Positions 13,310-25,934 are shown, numbered from the whole stretch's first letter. The stretch is 56,279 bases of DNA, filler included, from Dugesia japonica (GCA_001938525.1; 5 parts of 5 records of this genome joined end to end with filler, not necessarily neighbours in it), one strand, 5' to 3'. Numbers and translations are program-made. Notes: generated by a model not told the origin, from the sequence alone.

Positions 13310-14090
13310 ATAAGATTTGCCCAAGATCATTTCTCCTATGAATACGCGCGTTATCCATTATTAAGCAAGCATTTTCCATATGAAGTTCATCTCTTAGATA
13401 AACACATAATTCGTTAAGGTACTGAGAAAAATTGAAGCATTCACTGTTGAATTAGAAATAGTTTTACAGTGGACAATACCTTTAATTGATAAGCTTGCAA
13501 GTAAAGTAACGGTTCTTCTCCTTACAGTTGGTACAGTTACGATTACAACTTTTAAGCGCGCTTTTGATCTTTTAAGTAAAGATTGATAGCATTTGACAAG
13601 TCATTTTGAAAATATGTGTTCAACCAGAGAGCATATTCCCACCTTTGCTGGATTATATCTTCTGAGTTTACACGATCAAGCTCACGGTGTGATTTTTTCA
13701 ATGTCATTTGAAGACCTGCAAGACACCGGTTTATTGTTTGAAAGCGAAATATTGTAATTCTCTCCAAAACTTCTTTTAAATATAATTGAATTTCTTTGAG
13801 AGTAATTTCTGTATTAGTAGATACTGTGGCTTCGATCTGCAATTTAAAACTATCAATTGCGCATTGTTCTTCTNNNNNNNNNNNNNNNNNNNNNNNNNNN
13901 NNNNNNNNNNNNNNNNNNNNNNNNNNNNNNNNNNNNNNNNNNNNNNNNNNNNNNNNNNNNNNNNNNNNNNNNNNNNNNNNNNNNNNNNNNNNNNNNNNNN
14001 NNNNNNNNNNNNNNNNNNNNNNGGTTTTCATTAGATATTCTTTTATATTTTCTTTAAGTGGTGTTGATCTGATAATTACATAATGACCAA
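13310..14090 (-). pseudogene. IS630/Tc1-family transposase remnant
   Basis: ITLKEIQ..L...TINRCL..L.MTLKK winged-HTH segment, then after a frameshift NASIFSQYL...LIMDNARIH (second catalytic D). The first-D region and C-terminus are lost. Confidence 0.8.
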
Positions 14091-15166
14091 ATAAACTCAT
14101 ATATTTATAAGTAAAAAAAGCGCGGGAAAAATTGATCATAAACTTTCAAACCGTAATTATTAAAATTTACACATATTTTACTAAAATTTGACAAATTTAA
14201 CTGAAATTGTGTGTTAGATTAAAAAAACCATACTATTATAGTTGATAAAATTTTTAATAGGGTTGACAAAATGTTTAATATGACTGGCAAATGGTATATA
14301 TAGCATTTATCACTCATCACGTGTTTATATCAAAAAAGAAGCAAGCAACGCCAAAAAATCTTTAGACAATTTACAGATAGAATTTCGGTTCCACCTCGTT
14401 AGTAACGGTTTTAATTCGAAAAAGTGAAAATCAATAACAATATCGCCCTGTTGATTGCTTAACATGTTTTTTGTGAATATCGATGAGCATTAATAAATTA
14501 AAGCACATAAATGAAAATGTGCACATTCCTCGTGCATAAATACTAAATTTGATCCGATCAAAACAAGGACACCCTATCTTTTTAAAAGTTGTATAGTTGA
14601 ATTGGGATAATTAAATTTATCACTAATAATTTTGAATAAATGAATCTTGAAAGAAATATTTATATCTTTAATGATAATATAATCGACACGAAAGAAAGGT
14701 GGAGGTTGGTGCCGCGTTGATTAGTGATTTCATATTTTCCCCTCTTTTGCATAAGATTTGGCTTTCAAGAATTTATTTGTTCAGATCCATTTTAAAATAC
14801 GTATTTTCATTTGTTCATTTGATCTGAAAGAATACTATAAAATCCAATGAATAATATAAACTAAACTACTTTGGTAGTAATGAGTAAGAAGATTATAGAT
14901 TTTAATAACAATATCTTATGAGAGAATTATGTTGTTTATGTTTTAATAAAGCATGTGTTTAATAGATGTGTATAAAAATTGATTGTAACAAAGAGGAATA
15001 AAAAATTTTAACACATTTTCAATTATTTATTTTAATTTATAATTTCTTTTAAATACTAGAAAAATAATTAAATTCATAAACACACACACACAAACACACA
15101 CATATATATTCATTTAAAATAAAAGCTTCGATCAAAATTTTTGTTTTTCTTATTGATATTTGATAA

Positions 15167-15200
15167 CAATTCAATATTTCGACTTAGTCATCTTCAGGGA
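15167..15200 (-). ncRNA. Hammerhead ribozyme core in a Penelope-like repeat
   Basis: Reverse strand CTGAAGA-tgac-taa-gtc-GAAA-ta-TT-gaattg; the downstream 60 nt is nearly identical to 2103-2160. The 5' strand of stem I is not retained. Confidence 0.5.
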
Positions 15201-15244
15201 AAAGTCAATTCCTATAGAAGACTTTTATATAAATATATATATAA

Positions 15245-15536
15245 AGAGTTTGTCCATTAATTATGTCAACAAGTTATAGGTAATTTTAACTTCCTTCCTT
15301 CATTGTAAACAACTGTCAAACTTTCAGTTACCCCTCTAATAAAATTGTGCCAACAAATATTTACTCATCCTCCCACACATTAAAAATATTTTAACTAATA
15401 TTTTTGATTTATTAAATTTATCGTTAAAAAATTGTTGACGTCAATTTATTTTAGATTCCCTCCTTCACTTTGTCAACAATTATCAAATTTTTTCAAATCC
15501 TTTCCCCCGAATTTTGTTTACATAATTAACCACCCC
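15245..15536. mobile_element. PIF/Harbinger-like MITE
   Basis: Inverted ends ttaattatgtcaacaa / ttgtttacataattaa..cccc flanked by TAA on both sides. Confidence 0.5.
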
Positions 15537-15764
15537 TAAGTAGATTTTTACCGAAAAATTTAATTATTTATTTTTGAAATTTAAGAAAAATCAAAAAATA
15601 TATATAAATCAAATATAACAAANNNNNNNNNNNNNNNNNNNNNNATTTACTTCTATTTATTCGATAATTTTTCAAAAAACAAAATATTAGTAAGTAGTTT
15701 AATTATAAATAAAAAAAATTAATTATCGAAGTATGCAACAATAATATTTTCGTAATTGATTGGT

Positions 15765-16082
15765 TCTGGCCAAAATCATCACCTGTCAATTTTCATTAAA
15801 TATGAATTGAAACCCCAGCCCCAAAATAAGCTGTAACAGTTGATTTGAAAAAGAAACACGGTGGATCCGCGACACATCATTATCAACATCAACAACGATT
15901 GAATTGGATATCATATAGCCAGATAAAAAAAAATTAGTAGAGAAAGTCCGTGTTAGTTACTATATAAAGATTAATACACTCGAAAAACATGCAGAGAAAA
16001 ATTTTGAAAATGAATCTTGATGTGGCTTAATTATAATGACAACATTCCTCCGCATGAATCCTTAGTTGTTTTGGCTTATTGA
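15765..16082 (+). pseudogene. Highly decayed mariner transposase fragment
   Basis: Broken frames give KIITC, V..SYYIK and WLNYNDNIPPHESLVV, matching the mariner motifs IITGDE, TVNxxYY and WxLHHDNAPxHxSxxV in order. Confidence 0.4.
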
Positions 16083-16249
16083 ACAATATATTCTGACGTA
16101 TTAGTATAATTTTCAAATTTCTCCATTCAGAATTAGAAACAACAGTTACAGAGATAGATTTGCCGTTGAAGTCAACCAATAGAGTTCATCAAAATATTTC
16201 TAATCAATATTTCACTGATTTTCTTTTAGGATTTAACAAATCTGAATTA

Positions 16250-17203
16250 ATGATGTATCTTTATTATAGATTATGTCCAGTATTCTTCGCTGCTTTTATA
16301 CATTTTTTGCACAATACTCCTTTAAGTGCATTATATTATGATCCGAACGATATGGGTAAAGCAAATGTCAGAGTTAGCGAAGTTCTTAAAAAGAAAGATC
16401 CGTTCGGTTATGGAAAAATGAGACAAGAACATGTTTGGCCGCCAACGAACAATGATAAATATACTCGAGTCAATATGAGAATTTTGGGCAAAAATATCGA
16501 TCAGACAGTTTTAAACAATTTACGACCGAAAATGACATCGAGAAATTTAAAAAGATTGAAACGTTTACTTCATGACAAAAGAGACAACGCTTGGACATCA
16601 ATCGATCCACCGAAAACATTAAAAGAAAAAGGTGATAATTATCGTGATATGGTGGAATCTAAATTAGCTGTTGCAGCTGATGCTTTAAATTTGACATTTC
16701 ATGATGGAACAGGAACTCAATATGTATTGCCTGATCATGTATTAAGAATGTTTCGTAATTGGCTATTAAAAAAAGCCACTTGTATAATGGATTACATTTG
16801 GGAAGATCTTGGACCTTTGTTTTGGCCTCAATGGATTCGTCGAGGTATTTGTGTTAATAATTTAGCACAGTCATGCTCATGGCCACCTGGGATGAAATGC
16901 AGAGCTTCTGGTTCAAGGGCATTGCACATACTGCATTGGACATGTGAAGAAGATATCAATCTTAAACAGTTTAATAGCAGAAAACAAAGAGAGTCACGTG
17001 AGCGCAATAAAAGACGATGGACTAAATCCAGACGACGACGTCGTTTTCCATATGAAAAAACTATTTTAAGTAATCAAGAAAAACGAAACAAAAGAATGAA
17101 GAGGTTAATAGAAAAAACAAGTTTAGCTTCAAATGGATATTATTGTAAATGGGAAGTCCATAAATATCTTATCAATGACAAATGTTCCTGTTCATGTGCT
17201 TAG
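16250..17203 (+). CDS. nlg: Noggin-like secreted cystine-knot protein (317 aa) with insertion between Cys5 and Cys6
   Basis: WL...TC...YIWEDLGPLFWPQWIRRGIC...SCSWPPGMKC...LHILHWTC...CKW...CSCSC carries all nine noggin cysteines. The first ATG at 16250 is followed by a hydrophobic signal-like segment; the ORF-track start at 16160 is a TTG upstream of a splice acceptor. Confidence 0.95.
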   Translation: MMYLYYRLCPVFFAAFIHFLHNTPLSALYYDPNDMGKANVRVSEVLKKKDPFGYGKMRQEHVWPPTNNDKYTRVNMRILGKNIDQTVLNNLRPKMTSRNLKRLKRLLHDKRDNAWTSIDPPKTLKEKGDNYRDMVESKLAVAADALNLTFHDGTGTQYVLPDHVLRMFRNWLLKKATCIMDYIWEDLGPLFWPQWIRRGICVNNLAQSCSWPPGMKCRASGSRALHILHWTCEEDINLKQFNSRKQRESRERNKRRWTKSRRRRRFPYEKTILSNQEKRNKRMKRLIEKTSLASNGYYCKWEVHKYLINDKCSCSCA

Positions 17204-18678
17204 TTAGACTTCTCCCGCACTGTGTAATTAGATTGTATCATTCAAATAATCCATCATTCATGTTTATTTATTTCTCAATTTTTCGATATGGAATTTAAAA
17301 AAAAAGTCATTTCCATAAAAAAAAACATTATTTGTAAAAACTAAAATATAATAATATTTTTCAAAAGAAATTTATGAAAAAAAAACAGTTTCTTTTTTTG
17401 TGTAAAAAATTGTATTTTTTTTTTCAAATTTTATTTATTTTTAACAAATATTTCTGAATAAATAAATTTTTTTCATCAAAAAAAAAAAAAAATTTTTTTT
17501 GGAGCTTTCCAGTTCAGTTTATAATATTCAAATTAAAAAAAAAATAATTAAAAATTTTCTATTTTTATTTCAAGTATTAATTTCGTATAAAATTTTTNNN
17601 NNNNAAAAAAAATTAGGTTCTAAAAATTACAAGCGGTAAAAATTGTTTGTTCTTTACTAAGAGAGAAATTCATTTAACTAAATCTGACCTTAAAAGTAAC
17701 TCTTGAAAAGTTGTATTATATTTACTAAGTGTAGATTAATTTTATTAAGAAATGTAGCCAATTCTAGTATAAATATCAAGCTACGTTTTGCCGTCGCCAG
17801 ATATTGTCACTGACCCAGTTATCTTAATTAAAGAGTTGTAGATATAAATTATTTATGGCATATAATGTTTGATAATAACTGTAAAAGACGCCTGTTTATA
17901 TTATGTCAGTCTCGTTATCAAAATGTCAGATGACATCGACGACGGTACAACGTTGTATAACGCAAAAGAGACTGGCATGATTATTTATTACTAGACTTTT
18001 TAGATTAAATCTCTTTTGAACTGCAATTCAAAGTTACGACGTTGAGTTACACCCATTTTTTTTATTAGAAAAATTTCTCTCGCTAATCATTAAGATATGT
18101 CAAAATCAATGTGAATATAAAAAAAATTGTTTAGATTATAGTTTTTCTTAACATTAATTATTATTGTATTTATAACACAATTAGAATTTGTTTTTTATTG
18201 AAAGTTTTAATTACAAAAAATGATTTTACGTAAACTTAAATTCTAAAAAAATATTGGTTATTTTTATTAATTGAATTTTTTCCAATTTTTGGATAAAATA
18301 ATTTTGAGGTACTGCTAAATTAAATAACAGAATTCAATCGGATAAATTTTCATTAACTAATGATCTAAATAATTATTCATTTTTGTTCAACCTTTTCAAT
18401 GTTTTTAATTAGTTTTGTTTTACTGAATTTAACTTTTAAAAAAATATCAAAATATTGTATTTCTTTTTCATCAGTTCAATCGTTCTAAAATCTTAATATG
18501 GAAATTCTGAAATACTCAGAATGAATGGAAATATGAAATAAAAAAATATTCAATTATATCCACAAATACAAACTTTTTACATATAACAACCCCAATTTTG
18601 AGAAAATCTTATTCAACAAATATATAATTATGAATTTTCTAATAACATTTTAAAATATTTATTATGTTTTAGTTAATA

Positions 18679-19763
18679 CAAGGTGTCCACATTTTCTATC
18701 GACAACTTTGGCAAGTCTTGGCAATCGTAATATTTGCTAAAATATCACCAAATCGTTTCAGTAACAAGAAGAAACAAATAAGTTTTAATGGTGCTTATCC
18801 ACTTTTTCCCCGCAATTTTTTTGAAAAAAAAATTGACATCGATAACAAATTTATTATATAACATAAAACCAATGTTCATGTACAACTGCCTTTAAAGCGG
18901 CATAAATATAGTTATATCATACAGTATTTGTTCAAACAAATTTTTACCTGCGAAACGACGTCGCTACATGAACTCACACAAGTAGCTGTCTAACATACTT
19001 ATAGCTGTACCAAAGTGTTGTCTGTTCCTGCTTTTGACGTAGTTCCATGAGCCTTCAATAGATTAACCTATTTTTAACTGGCTAATTGCTGTTTCAAATA
19101 TGTAGCTAGTGTGTGTTACCAATTATTGCGTGAATTCAGATTAATTAATAATTTTCAAAAAAATTGCGGGGAAAAAGTGGATAAGCATAGTTTTAATTGT
19201 TTATTTTTCATATCAACAACAAAAATATTTTAGGATTTATAAATCTCCTCATGATGTATGAATGTTCTTCAACATTTTCTTTAGTTCGCGTTATTCGACG
19301 ACGCTTCTTCTGAATATTCTACACACTCCCGGTTTTCATTAAAGCTATTTATAAATGCTGTCTCTTGTTGGTGCCTTTCGTCAAAATTCATTATGAAAAT
19401 TTCGTTGCATCATTGTAACACTTTTTGTCTATTCATACCAGGCTGCAATTTTTGTGAGTTCACGAATACAATACTCAATATTTGTAAGCCGGTATGAGAC
19501 AGCAGTAATAATAAATAATTTAAGCTAAAATTACTTACTACTTTCAAATCATTTCAAACATGTGATGAAAATTTTAAATTGCACTGAAATTAATAAATAT
19601 TTCGATTGCATGTAAACTAATTTATACCTGTTTATAACTGTAAACTTGGCAGCTAACAACGTGCTTAAATAGATTACACACATACCAAATTTCTTTTGAT
19701 TTAAACTTATACCAAAGATTTTATAGGGCCACAAAACTGTCGATAGATAACTGAGACACCCTG
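18679..19763 (-). mobile_element. Internally deleted Tc1/mariner-superfamily element
   Basis: TIRs caaggtgtccacattttctatcgaca / tgtcgatagataactgagacaccctg with TA on both sides. Minus-strand remnant SVT..QRNF...APTRDSI...KTGSV...RTKENVE resembles the DUF4817-type HTH. Confidence 0.8.
18790..19188. mobile_element. MITE with about 37-bp TIRs and 8-9-bp TSD (Merlin- or Mutator-like), nested in the mariner
   Basis: tgcttatccactttttccccgcaatttttttgaaaa and its reverse complement; agttttaat duplicated at 18781-18789 and 19189-19197. Confidence 0.85.
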
Positions 19764-22619
19764 TATGACAACAATAAAAATTTGTTTATTACAACAATTG
19801 TACAAGAACAATACTCTTTTAAAACTTTTAATAAGTTTCTGTTACGAAATTTCCTTTCCGCAATTTTATTCTTTTAACTCGGCTAAGCCAAGTGTGTCAG
19901 TGATTATAAGGATTGATTTTTGAAAAGTTCTTATTCAACAAAATTAGTAAGTATGTTGGGCTGAAACAGCGTTTCGTAAAATATGAAAATTATAGAAGGA
20001 AATAAATTAAAGAGTAATAAGAAAATGGATAAAAAAAATAATAATAAATAAATAAATGAATAAATAATGAGAAATAAAAGAAATATTGATCTATGAAATA
20101 ATAAGGAAACGATTATTTAATAATAATAACTGAAGTTAAAAAGTGTANNNNNNNNNNNNNNNNNNNNNNNNNNNNNNNNNNNNNNNNNNNNNNNNNNNNN
20201 NNNNNNNNNNNNNNNNNNNNNNNNNNNNNNNNNNNNNNNNNNNNNNNNNNNNNNNNNNNNNNNNNNNNNNNNNNNNNNNNNNNNNNNNNNNNNNNNNNNN
20301 NNNNNNNNNNNNNNNNNNNNNNNNNNNNNNNNNNNNNNNNNNNNNNNNNNNNNNNNNNNNNNNNNNNNNNNNNNNNNNNNNNNNNNNNNNNNNNNNNAAA
20401 AATATATTGATGAGAGAAAAAGAAAGATTAAAACAAATAATTATTTTAAAATATTTTGATCTTTTAAAGAGAAATTATAGGGGGAAAACAGAATAAATCA
20501 TCACGATCATTATAAATAATAGAATAATAGATTATGAGTCAGGTTTAAGTACAAGAATTGTATTATTATTAAAATTTTTTAAAAAAGATAAAATGTGAAA
20601 TTATTATTATTATCGATAAATATAATTAAAATTATTATTATTCAATAAATATTATTATTTANNNNNNNNNNNNNNNNNNNNNNNNNNNNNNNNNNNNNNN
20701 NNNNNNNNNNNNNNNNNNNNNNNNNNNNNNNNNNNNNNNNNNNNNNNNNNNNNNNNNNNNNNNNNNNNNNNNNNNNNNNNNNNNNNNNNNNNNNNNNNNN
20801 NNNNNNNNNNNNNNNNNNNNNNNNNNNNNNNNNNNNNNNNNNNNNNNNNNNNNNNNNNNNNNNNNNNNNNNNNNNNNNNNNNNNNNNNNNNNNNNNNNNN
20901 NNNNNNNGAGGGTCTGATGATTTTATGTAAGAATTTAGGATTGATATGTTTATATTTGCATGTTATTGTGGAGTTATCACTATTTCGTAAACCCTTATAA
21001 GTTTCAGAAAATTATCATTTTTTAAGATAAATATTATATTGTTAAACCTCTCCACTTGAGGAAAAAAATATAGAACATCTGTGAGCACATAATCCGCTAC
21101 AGAATTAACAAAAAAATCAAAATAATCACGCCCACATTTGGACATTTCTGTACAAGCTATGGGTGAACAAAGTACGATTTTTTGCATTAACAAAAATATG
21201 AAGTGGACGCCAACTGTAACTGTCAAAATTTGACGATACAGTGAGGGATAAAAGGCAATGCAAATTTCTGTAAAATCAAACTAAAAATTTTAATTTTAAA
21301 CTCTTGTTCACTTATTCTTAAAAGTGCCAAGTACAATTCTCTCTCATTGAAGGGTCGGAACAAATCGAAAAGTAATTTGAGTCATTTTATTTTTTAAAAT
21401 CATATATTCAACTATAAAGAGGGACTGGGGTGACGATCACTACTCATTAGCTTTGCTAGCAGTGGTGGTTGACACCGTTCAGTCCTTCGCTTCACGAGTC
21501 ATCATGAGTTATGATGAGTTTTGTTAAAGATGTTATGATAATATATGATTATGCTGTCCATGTTTATGAATATATGAGATGAAATCGAATTGTCAATGAT
21601 AAATGTGAGACGAATATTATATGATGATTGTCAATGATAATTGTGAGACAAAGATTATATGACGATGATAAGACTGTAAAATACATGAGTTGATAAGTGT
21701 TAATAAGCGAGGATAGTATTATGAAGAAGGGAATAACGAGAACTGATAGTGATTAAATGATAATGAGAGACATATGATTGTGAAAGGAGTAATACGGGTG
21801 ATGAGAGAATGTGTATAAAAGTATTGTACTCAAATGTCGAATAGAAAGAGATGATGCTAAAATCGGACTCTGAAAGAGTTGTTTATAAACATGGAAAAGT
21901 TGTTGACAGTTGATAGAGAATTTTGATGAAAAATGTGCTAATAGATTTGAGTAGGAAATAGATGTGGTTAGGAGGTGATGTGGTTGAATTCTCTCATGAT
22001 AATTTTTTTTCTTTAATGATTTTCTGGTGTATATTGACAAGTGGTAGTGTAAATGTGATGAAAATATCAATTTGGTTTATGTTTATGAATACTTGATTTT
22101 TGATTATAAAATTTACTCTTTTAAAATTGCTGATTAATATATAAACTCTGAAATATGTTTTACCTTTAGAAATTTAAAGATAGCATAGATTACAGGAGGA
22201 CCATCTGACAGTTGGAGGGATATAGATCGTCATTAACATATTGTTCAAATGAAAGTTTAATCGATACAATAATGGTGATGACACGATAGAATATATGAGA
22301 ATGAATGAGTAGCAATGAGATGTAAAATTCTCCATCGAATAGATACTCTGATGATCAAATTATACACCAAAATTCGAAACCCTGATTTTCGAAAAAACAT
22401 CGGTCGGGAAATAATTATAAATTTTAAAAAACGCATTCATAACGTATGAATTAATAATATATACCTTTATTACTAAAGCTGTTTATTAATAACAATCCAG
22501 CAGAAATCAGAACATGTTTCTGATGATACTGTTGATCCTTTTCCAATGCTGATTTATATTTAACATAAATCATAAAGGCCAGTGTCATTGTTTAAAAAAA
22601 TTCCGTAAATAATAATAAT

Positions 22620-24019
22620 TTCTCTGTGGGCATTTTATATAAAGTTATTACAGAATGGATCTTATCGCAAATGGCTTCATGGGTCTTATAAGCTGTATTT
22701 TTTCAGAACCCATTAAGAAAGTTTTCACACCATATTGAATGAATTCGAACATCAGGATTTTTAATATCTCGATTCACCAATCTATTAAAATTCACTACTG
22801 GTGTGTAATGATATTTTTCTTTTTTTTCTAACAATAGCGGGTAATTCTTCCTCCCATCAGTTATTTTAGACCTATGTATTATATCCAGATTCGGATATTT
22901 CATTACAGCTTAATACAATTCAATTAAATTAGAATTTCATGTCAAGACATTGATAAGTTATCCTGAATTATTCTTCTCAAACTTGGGAAAATTCGCCAAC
23001 TTCATAGGTATATTCTTTTCATCAAATACGAGTTCTTCTAAGTATTCTTTATATATTTCAGCTTTCTAATAATTATCTCTTCCAACTTCATTCTTTTTCA
23101 ATATAGCAAAAATGCTATCCAGGAAGTACTTATTGTCATTGTTCATTACATTAACAAGTGCTCTTTTAGATTTTAGGTGTTGGGATATAACTGTTGCCGA
23201 TAATCTACTTATATTGCTTATTTTCATTAATTTAAAGTTAACTTCTAAATTTCGCCCTAGAATCCAGTTATTTCCTAATTCACTATTAATAACAATTTTC
23301 TGATTTAATTGTTTTATTCATTCTTTAAAAAACTTATCTCTAAATAGAATCACTCTAATTGAAATGTTACAAGTTTTAATTCATTCGTCTCTTATAAATT
23401 CTACATGAATACCGAACTGAATTTGAACATTCTTAAATTCAAATATTATCTTATATAATTGCTGTACTAAAATATCGCGTAAAACTATTTCCTTTTTTTT
23501 TGAAATTAGATACATAAAGTTTTAAAACATGATGACATCTGTAAAAATGAGTTTCTACAAATTAGTTTCATCTAATGATCTACCAAATAATTCTTCTTCT
23601 TCCTTCATAAACATATGCAATACTTCAACTTCATTTCCTACTTTATTAAATTCATATTGCAAGTCTTATTCATTCATTTCCTCAATTATCTCTATATCAT
23701 TACAATCCTCATGATCTTTTGGTTGAATTTTCTCTTGTCGAATAGCTTCATTCTTGATTTCTTCATCACCATGATCATTAATAATCACTTCCAGTTTAAA
23801 TTTCTTACAAAGGGACCCTCAAACAATTTCTTCTTATTTCCAAGAAATAAAGTTAGGTGGTGTACGTTCGACTTATAAAATTCTTGATATGTATCTAAAC
23901 TTAATGTGGTGCATATTGGAGATATAAAATATTTATTTCCGCAATAAACAAGGCTATGATATTTCTCCAAATACTTTATTCATTTTTCGCTTCATGTGGT
24001 TCATATTTTTGGAATACAT
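22620..24019 (-). pseudogene. Polinton pPolB N-terminal remnant (terminal protein/OTU-like region)
   Basis: Minus frames give NWIL...LKSKRALVNVMNNDNKYFLDSIFA...PMKLANFPKFEKNN...HYTPVVNFNRL...WCENFLNGF, colinear with 47900-48480. Confidence 0.75.
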
Positions 24020-24562
24020 TAATTCTGAAATAAACTAAAGAAAAATAAAATTATTTAAAAAAATAAAAAATTGTTTACTTAATTTTTAAAATTTGAAATA
24101 GTATGTAAAGCTAGTATATAACTTATTTTTTGTCACGTAAATTGTCGAACTTTCGTCAGTGAAATAATAATCATAAGAATCACCTTTATATCTTTAAGGA
24201 AAACAGTAGTTTTAAAACAAGTTAAGGTTGAATAATTCGTATGAAATTAAATTATAGAAAACGAGTTAGAAGAAAAGCTAACACAAAACTCAAATGAAAA
24301 TATTCATGCTTATTTTATTAATATTAAAATACTTATTAAAACAATCAGTATGATGAAGATATGTCAGCTAAAAATTGTCACTAAATGAAATAAAATTTCA
24401 TTATAGTTAGAAAATAGTGATTATTTAAACATTCAATTTTTTTAAATAATACAAAATATATATTCTTAAATAATTACTTAATATTAATGACAAGTCTTTT
24501 TTACAGGCAACCACGCTAAAATTAATGCGTTAACAAGAGCGAAATGCGAAGAAAGGCAAAAG

Positions 24563-24858
24563 ATTTTTTCTAATTTGTCTAAAAAAACCCAAGAAATGTT
24601 GATTCCGAAACCAAGTTTCTTTGATGGTCTCATTCAAGATGCCGAGGATTGGATGCACACAACGAAAGATTTTGTGACATTCAATCTAATAGAATTTGCT
24701 TTTGCGTTAGATATGCTCCTAAGAGGTGATGCGAAAAAGTTATAGGAAGAATTTACCTGTTCAAATGATTCTGTTACTAATGAAGAGGTCGAAAAATGGT
24801 TTATGAAAACCTTTACAAATACAAAATCGATTTATGATAAAGTAAAGGAATTGTCTTC
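24563..24858 (+). pseudogene. Ty3/gypsy-type gag fragment
   Basis: MLIPKPSFFDG..QDAEDW...LLRGDAKKL*...WFMKTF, one stop, truncated by the spacer. Confidence 0.7.
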
Positions 24859-24958
24859 NNNNNNNNNNNNNNNNNNNNNNNNNNNNNNNNNNNNNNNNNN
24901 NNTTAATTAATTAANNNNNNNNNNNNNNNNNNNNNNNNNNNNNNNNNNNNNNNNNNNN
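24859..24958. other. Artificial contig-join spacer
   Basis: N44-TTAATTAATTAA-N44. Confidence 0.95.
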
Positions 24959-24984
24959 ATAATAATAAAATAATAATAATAATA

Positions 24985-25032
<48 letters not shown>
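24959..25032. repeat. (AAT)n microsatellite
   Basis: Direct reading. Confidence 0.9.
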
Positions 25033-25034
<2 letters not shown>

Positions 25035-25199
25035 TAATTTCTAATAAGGAAATGGTTATAGGAAATTAAAGTAAGGCTACTCTCAAAAAACTTTACACAC
25101 ACTATTAAAAATCGACAAACCCTATAGATAAAAAGTTATATAGAAAATTAAGTACTTAATTTTGGAGTCTCACCCAAGGAACATAAAACTAGGCTTATA

Positions 25200-25700
25200 G
25201 TTTATTCGATGAGACCGATTCATTCTATTTTTCAATGGTTTTTAGTTAATTTGAGTAATACTTAGTTCGACGAGGTCAAATCAGGCCAATCATGGTTAAT
25301 TTAGGTTATGTATTTTTTTTGGCTTACTTTAGGTCAATTTACTCAGTGAGGTCAAATCTGATCTATTTTTGACTGGTTTTAGCTCATTTAGACGATAATT
25401 TACTCTTCATTGGTCAGCTCTATTTACTCGTTTTCTCACTCTTTGCAGGTCTTCAGTCATCAATAGTTTTCACACAGTTCACTGGTTTTCAGTCAACTAT
25501 GTTCTGCTCACTATACACTAATCTTCGATCATCAATATTTTGCTCATTGTTCACTAGCCCTCAGACATCAATACTCCACCCACTGTTCTATAATTTTCAC
25601 TAATCAATGGTTTTCCAACTATTCATTGGTCCTCACTCTTTACTGGTATTTTCTTAGTTTTTTACGCTATTTGATGGTCTTTGTTCTTTGCTGGCGGTAA
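25200..25700 (-). repeat. Degenerate short-period repeat array related to 36690-37060
   Basis: Recurring tggttttt, gaggtcaaatc and ggtc.tcactct motifs; the reverse complement resembles the gaagagtgaagacc / aaaacca / ttgacc array at 36690-37060. Confidence 0.45.
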
Positions 25701-25892
25701 ATATACTGTTTGATTGATATTTTATAAATCTTACATTAATATTTAATTATTTAACCTGTTCTATATTTTTAATTGTAATTTTGAGATTTAATTCAATTTT
25801 GTTTGTATTTTAATTCATGTTCTATTATTATCGTAAAAATTTAATTAATGTTTAATATAAAAAATATATAACGCCATTTGAAATAAAACTTT

Positions 25893-25934
25893 ATTGTTAT
25901 ATATTTCGATTGATCAACCGTCATCATCAGTATT
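25893..25934 (-). ncRNA. Hammerhead-like core
   Basis: Reverse strand CTGATGA-tgacggttgatcaatc-GAAA-ta-TA followed by aataaa; stem I weak. Confidence 0.35.

Noticed and set aside
15961-15969. TATATAAAG as the TATA box of the noggin-like gene
   Set aside because: It falls in the YYIK codons of a probable decayed mariner, and such strings are common at this AT content.
16160-16249. N-terminal 30 aa of the 347-aa ORF
   Set aside because: TTG start upstream of a splice acceptor; the signal-like segment begins at ATG 16250.
22349-22385. CTGATGA...GAAAC as another hammerhead
   Set aside because: No stem II, stem III or stem I pairing.
23112-23878. Plus-strand ORFs 23112, 23529 and 23615, and minus ORF 52548-52745
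   Set aside because: They are antisense shadows of Polinton coding sequence.
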